A stretch of DNA of 64,000 nucleotides. Origin: Adineta vaga. Taxonomy: Eukaryota > Animalia > Rotifera. The DNA lies in contig CP075492.1 in the NCBI GenBank assembly GCA_021613535.1, positions 9,114,001 to 9,178,000 on the forward strand, read 5' to 3'. This document shows positions 37,805-50,769 of this stretch, one piece after another (positions within the stretch are counted from its first letter, which is position 1; every line of letters begins with the position of its first letter). Position numbers and translations under genes: made by a program. Under the pieces are notes generated by a model, which worked only from the letters and a program-made list of their open reading frames with translations, ran no database searches and was not told where the DNA came from.

Positions 37805-39582
37805 GTTTTATTTCAATCTTAAAAGCAAAATATAATAATTGAAATAAAATTCGAAAAATATTCAGATAAATATTTACAACTTATTGAAAACAAAAATCTT
37901 CTCGCTAAGCGACTAGTGAGATTTGTTCTCAAAAGGTGAATTGTGGATTATTTTATTAATCGATGACTGTATATGAAAACATACATGTACATCAAAACTA
38001 GAACGTATCTTTTGCTTTACCTGTACGGATGTAAATATTGTTTAGTTGCAAACGATGTTGAAATCGAAGGTATATAATAATGTATGTACATATCAAGCGG
38101 TAAGAGAGAAAAAAAGGTTAACATAAACACGTTATTAAATGTAGTGCAAGCGCACATGGACATAACTCAAGGTGGAAACAGTATCTTTTCTCCATGCTTA
38201 TCAAATATACAAATCTATACTGTATTGGCTCACTAATATGCATAAAATGGTGAAAAAGAAATGACAAAAAAAACGAGTATTACTCATGAGTGAATGAATG
38301 AATAATTTTTTTTCAAAAAAAAGATTGTACATAAAACGCTCGAGGATATGTTTACAATTATTTATGAGAAAAAAGCCTTTTTCAATATTTTTTGCGTCCT
38401 GTTTCTATTTCTAACAACTTCCATTGTTTTAAACTAACTACCATTAGTAGTAGAAAGAAACAGTCAAATTAAATAAGAGAAGAAAAAAAGGCCGAGATGT
38501 ATACTCATTTTGTAATTAAAATTATATGGTCTGGGCATAAGTTGTTTCATGAGTCAAACTACTGTAAAAAAAAGAAGAAGAAGAATCATTTGAATTTGAA
38601 AAACGGTGTGAATGGTGATTCGAACTCAAAGAATTGATGAGTGATGAGAAAATGAAAATAAGATAGATCGAATGTTTTATAATTTTTTTTGTCAAAATAA
38701 TTTACCTAATGGAACATATCTAGCACGACAATTTTTCTTTTTGAATTACTAAGATAGTGAAGTTCATGCAAAAGAAAGTTTTCATATTACTAAACATTCA
38801 TTTTATTGAAAATGACAAATTAGTTTTTTCAAGGTAGAACAGTCAATTGAATGAATCTTTGAAGATAGCGAATTATTAAAAGTATAGATTCAAATCTCGA
38901 TATGAGTATTTAATTTGTCTTATCTTTCATAAATCTACGTAATCACACTTCAGGCATTATGGATGATGACCTTAACTGTATAGGAATTGTTTTCTTATCG
39001 ATTTATTATGAGAAAAAGTGTTCTGTATCGTCTACTCTATCGATCAGAAGCGATCGAGTGCTTTCCTAATGTATTTCTTGTTTAAATTGGATTGATTTAC
39101 TTTTTTCATTCAGACTTTGATACTTTAATAATGTACAGTCAATTTAGAAGTTTACTCTCTTTGCTCTTGAAAATATTCATGAAGGACACAGTAGTTTAAT
39201 CGATCGCATTGAATTACATACCGTCATGAATAATCAAAAACAACTTCTACATACAATAATCCTTTTGCAATCTTTTTACATAAGATAAAGATAAAGTCTT
39301 AACGACATGTAAATTTGTCTGTATAATATCACGTTTTGAATGACAATCAATCTCTACATCAAGTCAGTCGAGTTAGCTCGATGGAATCCAGAAGGTGATA
39401 AAAAGACCGAAGACAGTTCGTTATTGTCTTCGGAGAATAATGAAGATGATAGATATGTTATATGGATGATAAATGATCTCAGTTATTTTCCTATATATAT
39501 AGATTTTATTTGCACTCGAAAATTGAAGTTAACCAATCGAATTTTATATCAATCAGTAATTGGTTTTATAAAACAAATAATG

Positions 39583-40380
39583 TTACTGATCGTGATCATG
39601 ATCATGTTGATCATCAATATCTTTATATAATGATGTAACCAATCGAGATATTTGTGTTACATTTGGAATTGTTTCTGAAATAGGATCAATTCTATACATT
39701 TCTCGTAGATTTGATGTTGTTGTTAACACACTCAATATCAATGAGAAAAACATAATAAGAAGTAAAATAAATACAGCTAATGTAAAAATTAATGCTAATT
39801 TTCTAAAAACGACCACACGATGAATACGTTTTCGATTTGTATCTAATACGGAATTAACATCATATAGAAATGAATGAAATATACTATTATATGGTACAGG
39901 ACAATCTTTACTGAAATAATAGAGTAAATATTGTAAAACAATGGGTTCAGAACCAAGACCAGCATAGTAAATACCATCGGTTGGTCGAACATGTGAAACA
40001 TTATAACGTTGTACACGTGTATCATCAATAGATAATTCAAAATAATGTACAGGTATAAAATCTGGTCGATATTGTAACGCACGAATTTGCTCTTCTGCAC
40101 GTTTTAATTCACGTCTCATTTGAAAAAAGATATACCAATCTTGAAATGGTTGATTTATACCTGTCTGTCGAATCATTCCCCAACTTCGAATCCTATGAAT
40201 ATTATGACGAACAATCAACCATTTCGATTTAGGAGATAATTTATGAGCTGTAAGTGGCGCTTGATAATCATCATTTGATATCAATGGTGTTCGAACTGAT
40301 GCATCAGAACTAATAACAACATGCGATTCTTGTTCACGTTTGGGAAGTTTTCGTAAATTCAATTTTGTTGATAGTGACAT
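39583..40380 (-). CDS. Uncharacterised 265 aa protein with one C-terminal transmembrane helix; paralog of 37013-37804
   Basis: Intronless ORF sharing LPK-E-E-H, DYQAP-TA, WL-VR-NIHRIR, QM-REL-RA--QI and LG-EP--LQ-LLYYFSK with its neighbour. Confidence 0.85.
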   Translation of the reverse strand: MSLSTKLNLRKLPKREQESHVVISSDASVRTPLISNDDYQAPLTAHKLSPKSKWLIVRHNIHRIRSWGMIRQTGINQPFQDWYIFFQMRRELKRAEEQIRALQYRPDFIPVHYFELSIDDTRVQRYNVSHVRPTDGIYYAGLGSEPIVLQYLLYYFSKDCPVPYNSIFHSFLYDVNSVLDTNRKRIHRVVVFRKLALIFTLAVFILLLIMFFSLILSVLTTTSNLREMYRIDPISETIPNVTQISRLVTSLYKDIDDQHDHDHDQ

Positions 40381-41393
40381 ACAGATCTAAATCAAATGAA
40401 AAGAGAAAATATTTTATACATATATGCACATTTAAAAACAAGTAATAATCTTAATTAATCCGTGATATTTTACTATTAATCAAAAATTAGCATAATACAT
40501 TAAGACCTTCGTCTTTACAATAGATTTATTGAAATTTTTTCTCTATTATCAAGGTATGATATATCTTTTCGATTACTTTACTTACGAGCATACATTGATT
40601 TTGTATGTAACTTTCAACTAGATACAATCTTATTCTTACGTAGTCATCAATATGTATTCAAATTGAATTTGTAACAGTTAGTGTTGATTCTTTCTTACTC
40701 ATAAAACTATTCGATATACATATTGTATTGAATATTAGAAATGAACTCGATGAAATAATTGATGTCTACATACCTAATAGTCTTAATACTTTTTACAGAA
40801 CTGCAAAAGAAAACTAAACTTACAATGTGAATTGATAAAATATTTTATTATTTGATGAGAAAATAAAATAATAAAACTCCATCTTTTCTCTCACTGATTT
40901 ACGTCAATAAATCATCATATTGAGATACGAAAAGAATGAAAAACACATATACGTTGCTTATCTTCATACACTCGTATCTTCTTCTTAACTATATATATCT
41001 CTATTACTTTTGTCTATTCAAATTATATCATTCTATGCATGCGCATTTGTGTCATTATCATTTCAGTCATCAAATAGAAAAGGCAGGTCAATGATGAGTA
41101 TATTTTTTTATCATACATAAATCATTTTTTGTTATTAGTCAATCAAACCAATATTCTCGAAATAAAACGAGTGACGATCCATGAATAAAAAAAAACGTAC
41201 AAAATAGTGTACTCATGTTCCTTTATTTTTGTGAATAAGAATTAAAGGAAAATTGAATTTTTGCGTTTTTTACAAAGGATACAATTTGCAATTGTGAAAT
41301 ATTTGTTATTGCGCAACTTTTCGAAGAAATGACTCATATAAAAACAACATTATCAACTATAGTTTCTATCATTATTTTTATAACGGAAACAAG

Positions 41394-42122
41394 ATGAAAG
41401 ATGCTGTTTTAATTCTTGGTGGAGCTTTTAATCCCGTCCATACTCAACATATTGCTCTTTTTGATCTTGTCAAACAAGAATTAGATGCTATTGGCCAATG
41501 GAATATAATTGGTGGTTATTTAGCTGCTGCACCTGAGAATTATGTTCTTCATAAACTACGTGCACGAAATGAACGAACAATTAAACTTCAACATCGTCTA
41601 GCACTAGTTAAAGAAGCAATGAAAAATGTTCCTTGGTTAATCAATAGTCCATTTCAAGAAGAAATGTTAAAACAACATGATGGTTCAGCAACGGGACTTG
41701 GCCGACGTTTAATGAATCTTTTCAAAAATCCAAATATTCAAGTTCTAGTTCTTGTCGGTGGTGATCGAATGATAAAACAAGGTGTACCTATTTGGCGACG
41801 AGCGGGAACCAAAACATCAGTTATGCACGTTGGTGTTGGTCGAATTATGGATGAAAACGTCAATCTGCTCGATCTTTGGCAAGCTGATCTAGATAAAAAT
41901 CTGATTCATAATCCTAAAGATTATGTGATACTAAATATTCCTCTTCGATCTGTTAGTTCATCAATGATTCGTGTGTATCTTCAACAATGGTTTGATGCAA
42001 AAGATAATATTGAAAAAAAAAATGAAATCGAAAATGATTTAGTTGATACGAACAACTATCTTCATTTGAATGTAATGAATTATATAAAAACCCATCACAA
42101 TGATTTATTTGTTGATATTTAA
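41394..42122 (+). CDS. HIGH-superfamily nucleotidyltransferase, NMNAT/NadD-like
   Basis: Intronless 242 aa ORF: LGGAFNPVHTQH (variant of (H/T)xGH), IIGGYL, HRLALV, VLVGGDR, VSSSMIR (ISSTxIR), VMNYIK..LF. Confidence 0.8.
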   Translation: MKDAVLILGGAFNPVHTQHIALFDLVKQELDAIGQWNIIGGYLAAAPENYVLHKLRARNERTIKLQHRLALVKEAMKNVPWLINSPFQEEMLKQHDGSATGLGRRLMNLFKNPNIQVLVLVGGDRMIKQGVPIWRRAGTKTSVMHVGVGRIMDENVNLLDLWQADLDKNLIHNPKDYVILNIPLRSVSSSMIRVYLQQWFDAKDNIEKKNEIENDLVDTNNYLHLNVMNYIKTHHNDLFVDI

Positions 42123-42184
42123 TTATCTCCATTCTCTAATACGTACAAAATAAAAAATGTACATTTCAAAAATAAATAAAAATA

Positions 42185-45100
42185 TTAAAACTCTTCACCA
42201 GCCGTTCGATTAAGATCTGATTTCGTAGCTATTTCACCGCTAAAATTTATAAATATAGATAAAAATTAAACGAATTTCAATTCACATACATAACATCTTT
42301 AACCCAATCACGAAAAAATGGTAATAATTGATCATCCATTGCTGGAAGAACGAGAAGGCGCTAAAAGAAGGCAAAAAAAAGAATATCAATACGTCGCAAG
42401 TTTCATTTTATAAAAGATCTTACTTTGATTTCATCTCGAATACGAGCTTCGAGAAAATCATGAATAAATGTATATGAATATTTACTTTCACCGAATACTG
42501 GAGTCACTTTAAGATTTAAATCAGGCATTTCAGAAAAACCAATCCTAGAGAAAAAGAAAAGAAATTCTTAATCGAAAATAATTCATTTGTCGTACCACAC
42601 ACGATCACTAGGTGGTGGTGGAATATTGATCTAATCAACAAAATAGAGAAGATACGAAGAATAGTAGAAGATGATAATTACTGTCATAAGTCCACTTAGA
42701 TTCATAATTTCAATATTGGCACCAATTTCAGCATTTGCAAGTTTTTCTATAACACCAGCAACTGGTTTTAATGCTGCAAAGCGTTGAACATGTTTATTTG
42801 CAGCTACTTTTGTAAGTAAGGTACCAATTTTCCGTGCAGCCGCACTTAATTTAATATTTTATAGAAATAAAATAAGAAGACAAGAGTTAAAAACATACTT
42901 CTCTGGTAATTCAATTTCTTTATTAACTGGTTTTTGACGTTGAATAAGTTCAGTATTTTCTGTATGCTCATCATCTTTATGCATGGCATCAGTTGAATGA
43001 TGTTGGTAATGCAACGGTTGATCAGCAATTGGATTATAATTCAGTAATCTTTTAAGAACTATTCGTGTTTTAATAGTAAAACTAAAAAAGAAAAAGTTAA
43101 GTTACGAAATTATGATCATTTAAATGATTTAACTTACTTAAAACTGCCTCGATAGAAAACAAATACACTAAACCATATTCCTTTCGTATTCCATTGCATT
43201 GGTTCAACTTTAAGGATTACTGGAAAGGTATTTCCCATATCAATTGTTTCAACACGAAGATCTTCGATTACACTGACCTAAAGAAACAAAAACACACATA
43301 GATCAAACTTCTTCTTTTCTTTTATGTAAACTAACCGCAATTTCTTTCAATTTAAGTTCAATTTTTTCTTTCAATAAATCTTTAAAGAATGATTCTTCAA
43401 AAATATCGCAACATAATCGACGTGTTAAAAAATTCAATGTAACTGCAGCTTCATCAAGACAATCCGACGAATTAAGTAATCGATGAAGACTTTCTTCTTG
43501 TTTACGAAGTTTTTTCTTTCCTGATCCTGTTCGTTGTGTCGTAGGTGAATCTTTTTCCAAAGCATCTCGAGCACCTTGACGAGCTTGAGCTATATCACTA
43601 AGTATATCAGTTTCATTGATTTGACTTCGTAGTACTTCAGTTTCACTATTTTCTAACGATGAAGTGTCAGGATAAGGTGGACCAACAGGTTCAGTTGGTT
43701 TCATTTGTATATGACTTTCCAGATTAACTGTATTTGTACGAGAATTTGATATAGGACTGTGTGTATCTGGAATACTTTGAGTAGTTGTATTTAAAGGTGG
43801 TGTACTCGATTGATGATTATCTGTGTGTTCATTATCATCTTCACCTTTGAGTAAAACAAGTGACAGTCTATCAAAAAATCAAATGAGTATTTCAGTTAGG
43901 AAGAAGATGCTGTTAATCTATCGAACACATACTTATGAAACCAATCTTCTTTTTCAGGACACGTTTCAAAGAATAAACTTATTGTTGTATGAGTATTATT
44001 GAAAAAATCATCGGTATCAAATTTCGATTTTTCATAATATTGTTTATTGAGAATTTGTTTATTTAATATTTGTATATTTTGTAAGACGATAGGATATTCA
44101 TTGAGCCAATATTTTATACGAGTTAATGTTGTTTCTGGAACAAGGATTAGATTTGCTCCTAAATGAATAAATAGAAAAGAAAGAAGATTTAATTATATTA
44201 ATCATAGAATTTGTATGACAATTGAATGTCATCTGTAATATACTGAAGAAAGAAACGATAGGATAAATCTCGACGGAAATTAGACTTCATTACTGAGATG
44301 TCAATTAAGTTATTCATTTAGCGGGAATATAAGTACATTTGTTCTAAAACTAAATCAATTATTTACCTTTAATTTTATATTCTCGAAATCCGATCAATTT
44401 CATTTCTTTCTCTTTTTTATCTTCTAAAACTGTTTTTGTTGGTAATTGAATACTCAGACGATGATTATTCAAACGAATAATTGCTGGATAACGAATAAAT
44501 TCATGATCTTTATCTACATCATATCGTCCGAAAACAACTTCACAACATGTCTAAACAAAGAAATCTTTCATCTAGTTTTGAAAACTTTTCAAGAAACGAA
44601 AGTCTTTACATGTAAACTTGTATGTTTATCTTCTTTGATAATTTGATCTTGAAGAACATTTTCTAGTTCAGGAAAATCGATCCATTCATGTGCAATTGAG
44701 TCATCACCTTTAGCACGAAAATACATTTGCATAACAATATAAGCAAGAGCAAAAGCAGTTAAAAAGCCAAGAAAATATCCACTAAAAAAGGGTGATAATG
44801 GTTTCCAAAACATAATTAATATTGAAATAGCACCAATAACACCCTATGCAAAGCAAAAGTGAACTATGAAAAGCTTCTTTTATTCTAATACTTACTGAAA
44901 TTGGGTAAACAGTTGTCTGTTTAAAATCATCTTTTTGTTCGATTGTTTGATAACGAAATCTTGGTCCAGCTAATAACATAGTTGGTTTTCGTCTTGCTTT
45001 TTCGGTATTCATCACGGTTGATTTTACTGTTGTTTCTACATGATCATTTCGTTGAAGTAGAAAATCGTCCGATCCACTTTCACTCGGTGCATGACTAGAT

Positions 45101-45619
45101 CGACGATTTAATTCACAACGTATACTGTTCATAATCATATCTTTTGCTTGTTCACTGTTCTCAGTGGAAAATATATCTTGAAAAGAATGACTTTGTGTCA
45201 TGCCTCCTATCGAGGAATTTAAGCTCTCATTGATACTTTTCTTTGCCGAATTAGTAATAAATTGAGTTTTTGGAAAGGAACGTTCAGAACCAGAACCATC
45301 ATCATCTATTCAATTCGAAAGAAAAACATCTTCAAAATTGAAACATGATCAATGAAAATATATATAATTGCTTACTAGATGGTAATCGTTGACGAACTTC
45401 AATTGGTGTCGATGGTTTCTTTTCAATAACTAATGTCTCATCTGCTTGATTAGCACGCGTAGTAAAATGTACTTGATTGTTATTTGCATTATTATATGAT
45501 TGTTTTCGACGTTCAATATTATCAGCAATATCGTCTTTAAAATTGTTTATTCTTTGTCCAAGTTTTTCCAAAAAGAAACTACTACTTTTCTTCGGTTGAT
45601 CCTGATTAGGCGTGCTCAT
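42185..45619 (-). CDS. TEX2: Testis-expressed protein 2 / Nvj2-like SMP-domain lipid transfer protein
   Basis: Disordered N-terminus, transmembrane hairpin (SPFFSGYFLGF), PH-like region (YWLNEYPI; LFFETCPEKEDWFH) and SMP domain (NFLTRRLCCD, LDMGNTFP, INIPPPPSDRVWIGF, LLVLPAMDD). Confidence 0.88.
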
Positions 45620-47212
45620 TTTATATGAGCTCACAAAGCTATTTAATGTGGATAAAGAGAAATTTTCAGATAAGCGATGATATGATTTTGTCTAGAATAA
45701 TAAGAGAACAATAGAATCTTATTTTGTTACAATTTGGTGGGGAAAATGCTAATAATATTCAGATGATGAAAAGAAATAAATAAAGATAAAGATTGACTAG
45801 AAGGAGAAAAAAACATTTGATCTGATATATATGTATAGACGAACAAAAATAGTATGATGAATCATTTGACGAGTATAAATGAGTACATATCGATAATTAA
45901 CGATATGAAGAGTCACTCTTAATTCATTTTAATTTCAATATAATGAGTAATAGAAATGCGTGGTTTACTGAGAAACAAATTTTTTAGTTTACTTTACGAA
46001 ATAAACGACGAATTCGTTTGATAATTGCCATAAAAGATCAAATATATTTGAAGGAATAATAATAATAATAATAATATATATATTTCAACCAGTATGAAAT
46101 TCCAGCTATCAGAATATGACTAATTTCATGACGCTTTGAAAGAAAAAGCGCGTAGATAAAAGATAGATGTAACAAGAAAAATACGTTGGCAAAAAATCCA
46201 TTAGTAGCTTATGATTTTGTTTATTCCTGAGACAAAATGAGTTACAACGTGTTAGACTAAACTAGTTTTATAGATGGCGTTAGCTATCGTTTTTCGACAT
46301 CGGAAATTTTCACTGTCGGATCAATGCTTGTATCATTCGAATTCATGTGAAATAACGTGTTTCTTCGATATCTAGAGAAAGAGATTCACCGAATTGTATT
46401 TGTAATTTCGTTTCAGATAAAACAAATTCGTTATATCACAATATCAGTAGTGATTCAAGTCAAAATCAATGTTTAATCTGTAAGAATATTCTCGAAGTAG
46501 ATTCTTTCATCAAACCGAAACAAAACGTTTATTGTAGGTCTTCAATTCAACACTAATTTTCGAAATCCTAAAAGAACAAAAATAAACGCTATTGTTCGTT
46601 TTTACAAGTCTTCCCAATCATTTATTTTTCCAAGTGCGAAAAATATCTTCGTTAGATTTGAAAAACGTCAATGTTCGTCGTTTCTCTTCTTTATGGTCAT
46701 ATGACTATCTGTTGATCTCAAATTCTGAGTTGATATGTTTATGCAAAATACATATTATCGATAAGATTCGATTTCATAACTATTGGTTTCATTTTCTTTT
46801 CTCAGGTGAAGAACCGCTTTGGATTTTCTGTTTATAATGAGTCAATATTGACCATAAACGAACGACAACATTGAGAAAAAATTAACGAAGACATTTATGC
46901 ATACTTGTCAAACGAACTTGATCAAAGAATGGACATCTCAATTCGGTTTCTTTTTCAAGGTACTGAATTACATATGTCAAAAGGGGAGACGAGAAAAAGT
47001 GAATGTTTGTTATTGCGATCTGCATATGTAAGTATGATTTAAGAGAATCATCACATATATATATATACCATAAGACATAAACGAATGAAATCATAATAGA
47101 GTCAAAGAATTCATTGCTATTTTTTCTTCTTTTAACAACAACAAATAATGTACGCTTTGATGCTCGTAAATTTTAATGATATTTTTGTTCTGTTTTTTAG
47201 TAAAAGACAAGT

Positions 47213-47728
47213 ATGGATGCTGAATATACAGTAACAGAAAGTATCTATCGAAATCGTGCTGGTCAAGTCACACAAATAGATTATTCATTTGATGAAACAC
47301 TTGTTATTGATACATCCGATTCCTCTTCATCAACATCGAGTATTACACGACAAAATAAAGAAAAACGAAATCGTTCCTATGATGTGAAAATCACACGTGA
47401 ACAATATCTGAATATTGTACGTCAACAACCAAATGCATTAGGTTTTGATGCATTCATTGATGTTTTACGTCCATTTATCATGGGTTTTTATGATCAAGAT
47501 GAACTTGAACAAGCATTTCGTAGATTAGATCGTGATCGTTCTGGTACAATACATTTAGACGAATTGAATAGTTTCTTACCAATCTTGAATGAATCAATAA
47601 ATAATCAAGCTTTACAAGATTATGTCAGAAAAGTAGATGAAAATTTTGATGGAACAATGAATTATGATGAATTTCGTACACTTGTTTTACGTGGAATTGG
47701 TCGAGATATCATTTGTAATCATATATAA
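47213..47728 (+). CDS. Calmodulin-like EF-hand protein with two intact C-lobe EF hands
   Basis: Loops DRDRSGTIHLDE and DENFDGTMNYDE with ELEQAF and EFR helices. Confidence 0.85.
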   Translation: MDAEYTVTESIYRNRAGQVTQIDYSFDETLVIDTSDSSSSTSSITRQNKEKRNRSYDVKITREQYLNIVRQQPNALGFDAFIDVLRPFIMGFYDQDELEQAFRRLDRDRSGTIHLDELNSFLPILNESINNQALQDYVRKVDENFDGTMNYDEFRTLVLRGIGRDIICNHI

Positions 47729-48858
47729 ACAAGACAAAAGAATAAAGATGACTTACTAATTTTTCTTAAAATATAAATTAGTTTGCTTATTCTTTTTTTT
47801 TATCTTGCAAATTCTTTTTCTTCTTAGTATTATTATTATTATTATTATAGCTTTTATTTTACTTACTTTATTCATAGAATTATTTTTTATATAAATAACT
47901 ATGAACATTTTTATTCAGGATAAAATAAAAGGAAAAACAAGAATTATGCATATAGATAAAATAAAATTGTGGTTGAATTTCCATATCATCCATCTGTTTA
48001 ATTCTGTTCTGTTCGGTAAAATCCGGATGGATTCGATTTGTCTACATTCAACCAATAAAAAATCATTCATCTCTCATAAATTCTTCTCAGATACGAAAGA
48101 AAAACTCGGTCGACTGATAATCTGATATTTTTCTGAAATATTTTTAATCAAATAAGAAAAAAAAATTGAAAATAAACAACAAATAATAAACAATCTTAAT
48201 AAAATATAAACATACAATACTGTCGCATTGATGTGTCTAATTTTCATCTATTCTTCTTTTTTTTTATCAAAAATTTCTTTCAAGACAAATGACAACAATG
48301 TATTTCTTGAAGGTATGTTGAAGAAAATAATTCGATTGACTTTTATTCTGATTTTTTTCCTATGTCATCTAGATATTTAGAGAAAACTATTGAAAAAAAA
48401 ATATATACTATTCCAACGAGGAAATTTTGTTAACCCGTCTGTATCTTCATTCTAGATTCCTCCGTTATGATTGGGAAATATATCTACTCCTGGCCTTAAC
48501 ACATCCGTCTGATCTCCCTTTCCTAATTCCTTGGGATCCGAGATTTTCATATCATTTTTACCGTGTAATTTGGTTTAAACGAGGAGACATACTTGTTCCC
48601 CTCTATTCATCACTATCATCGAACATTCGCTTTCCTTTTACGAGAGAAAATTAGGCTGATTATATACACACTTATCTGTTTTTATTTTCTATTTATCATT
48701 GTTTTTCATTTTTCTTTTGCTCCAATGTTTTCTATTTTATTTTGTATTGAAAAGAAAATCATTTGTCTATTTGCTCAATATAATTAATCATTTTTCTTAG
48801 TCAATCTTGCAGATCCTTTGGGACATTTGCATACAGCGATTCTATCCATTTGTCTACA

Positions 48859-50498
48859 ATGGAATCGAATCTCAATTCAAATAATAAACGCTTAGCAACG
48901 GATGGAAACGATTATCCAGACAATAACAATAACAATAATAAAAGATCACGAACGAATCGAATCGATTTAAGATTTTTATTAGCTTCACGTATGTTAACTT
49001 TTGTTTTTGTTAGCAAAAGGAGGAAAATTATTATAAACGTATTTAAAATATTTAGGTGATGCGGGTGCAATAATTGGTCGACAGGGAAAAAATATTCAGA
49101 TGTTAAGATCAAAATATAAAACAATCGTTCAAGTGCCGGTAAGAGTTTTCAATCATTTCTTTGTTTTTAATAAATAATGTGATTTTATTTTTTATTGAAA
49201 TCTTAGGATCAAGATGGACCTGAACGTATATTAACGATTGCAGGTGATCTTGAAGCTTGTCTAGATTGTCTTACAGATGCATTAGCAACAATGGCTGAAA
49301 ATCAAAAATTACGTCAAGACATTAGTGAATTACGTACTCTTGTTCATACATCACAAGCAGGTAAAATATTTCAATCATTTTATTTGAATTAATCATAGAG
49401 TAATTCATTTTCAGGTGCCGTTATTGGAAAAGGTGGTGAACGTGTGAAAGAATTAAGGTATGAGAGAAATAAAGCGATGATTCTCTTCTTTATTTTCAAT
49501 TTATGTAGAGCTCGACATGGACTTGAATTGAAAGTCTTTAGTGATACTTGGTAAATTAGTTTTTATATTTCATATTCTATCTATTATTTCTTCATTTTCT
49601 TTCAATGTATCATTCAAGTCCGAATTCATCTGATCGAGTTATCTTATGTCGTGGTGAACAACGAGCGATACTCAATTGTCTTCGCGATATTTTTACACAA
49701 ATTGATAAAATTCCTCCTCGCGGTCCAGTTCATCCATGTATGAAAGAATGAAATATACTTTTCTTTAAATCTGTATGTTCCTATTATTTTGTCAATGTTT
49801 AGATGATCCCTCGTGTTATTCCGAACAGCAAATCCATGGTTATGGTAAGACTAATAATTAGTTTTTCAATCTGTATCTGATTTTTTGCTAGGTGGTTTCG
49901 CGCATGATGAAACAAGTGTGTACGGCGATCGTCGAGGTCGTGGTGGTGGCGGCGGCGGCGGCGGCGGCAATGGTGGTGGGGGTAATAATGGAGGTGGTGG
50001 ATTTCATGGTTACGATAATTGGGAAATGAACAATATGCGAGGCGGAGGCGGAGGTGGAGGAGGTGTTGGTATGTATAATGACGATTACGGTGGTCCACCT
50101 AATCACGGTTTTTATCCACCTCCACCAGCACCGCCACCACCACAGATGATGGGTGGCGCTCAAAGTCTAATGCGTCCTATGATGGATTCGTATGATCAAT
50201 CTCCTGATACCGAAACACAACAAGTAAAAAAAGCGACTATCTATTCTGTTTTTTTTTGTAATGCTTGAATATATTTTAGGTTACAATTCCACATGAACTC
50301 GCTGGCGCTATAATTGGACCGCGTGGTACACGTATATCTCAAATTCGTCAACAATCAGGTGCATCAATTAAAATCGATGATCCGTTACCTGGTACAAACG
50401 ATCGAATAATTACTATAGTTGGTGCTCGTAATCAAATTTCTCAAGCTCAATATTTACTACAAACAGCTGTTCGACAATCAGGTCTTTATCCAGGATGA
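48859..50498 (+). CDS. HNRNPK: Heterogeneous nuclear ribonucleoprotein K (three KH domains, Gly/Pro-rich KI region)
   Basis: [29 protein letters not shown]...[37 protein letters not shown] linker, [18 protein letters not shown]...[17 protein letters not shown]...AQYLLQ. Confidence 0.93.
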
Positions 50499-50769
50499 TG
50501 CAAACATATACATATATGATTAATAGAAACAAAGAGGAAACTTATAATGAATATGTGTATTGTCTTTCGAAATAAAAACAAAACTAATCCTAAGTTATTT
50601 GTCTTATTTGTTACTGTTTCATTTTACATTTTATTTTTGTATAGTGATGCACTAATGACATATAGTTGATTTTGTTATTATTTATTCTTCGAGAGTTCTT
50701 TCAATGATTATGAAAACATAAAGAAAATAGATTTGTTCTTATGCATGAAAAACAATCTTTCATTTTAGT

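Noticed and set aside
37870-37885. Partial resemblance to the bdelloid spliced-leader sequence (ttacaactta)
   Set aside because: Only about 10 nt match; no following donor or Sm site, so not an SL RNA gene.
38600-38632. B-box or T-loop-like GAGTTCGAATCACC on the minus strand
   Set aside because: No A-box or cloverleaf can be built, so it is not supportable as a tRNA or SINE.
46080-46900. Possible transposon remnant between TEX2 and the EF-hand gene
   Set aside because: No terminal repeats, target duplication or transposase-like translation found by eye.
49799-50163. GC-rich island with minus-strand ORFs (poly-Arg/His, poly-Ala/Thr)
   Set aside because: It is the antisense shadow of the Gly/Pro-rich linker of hnRNP K.
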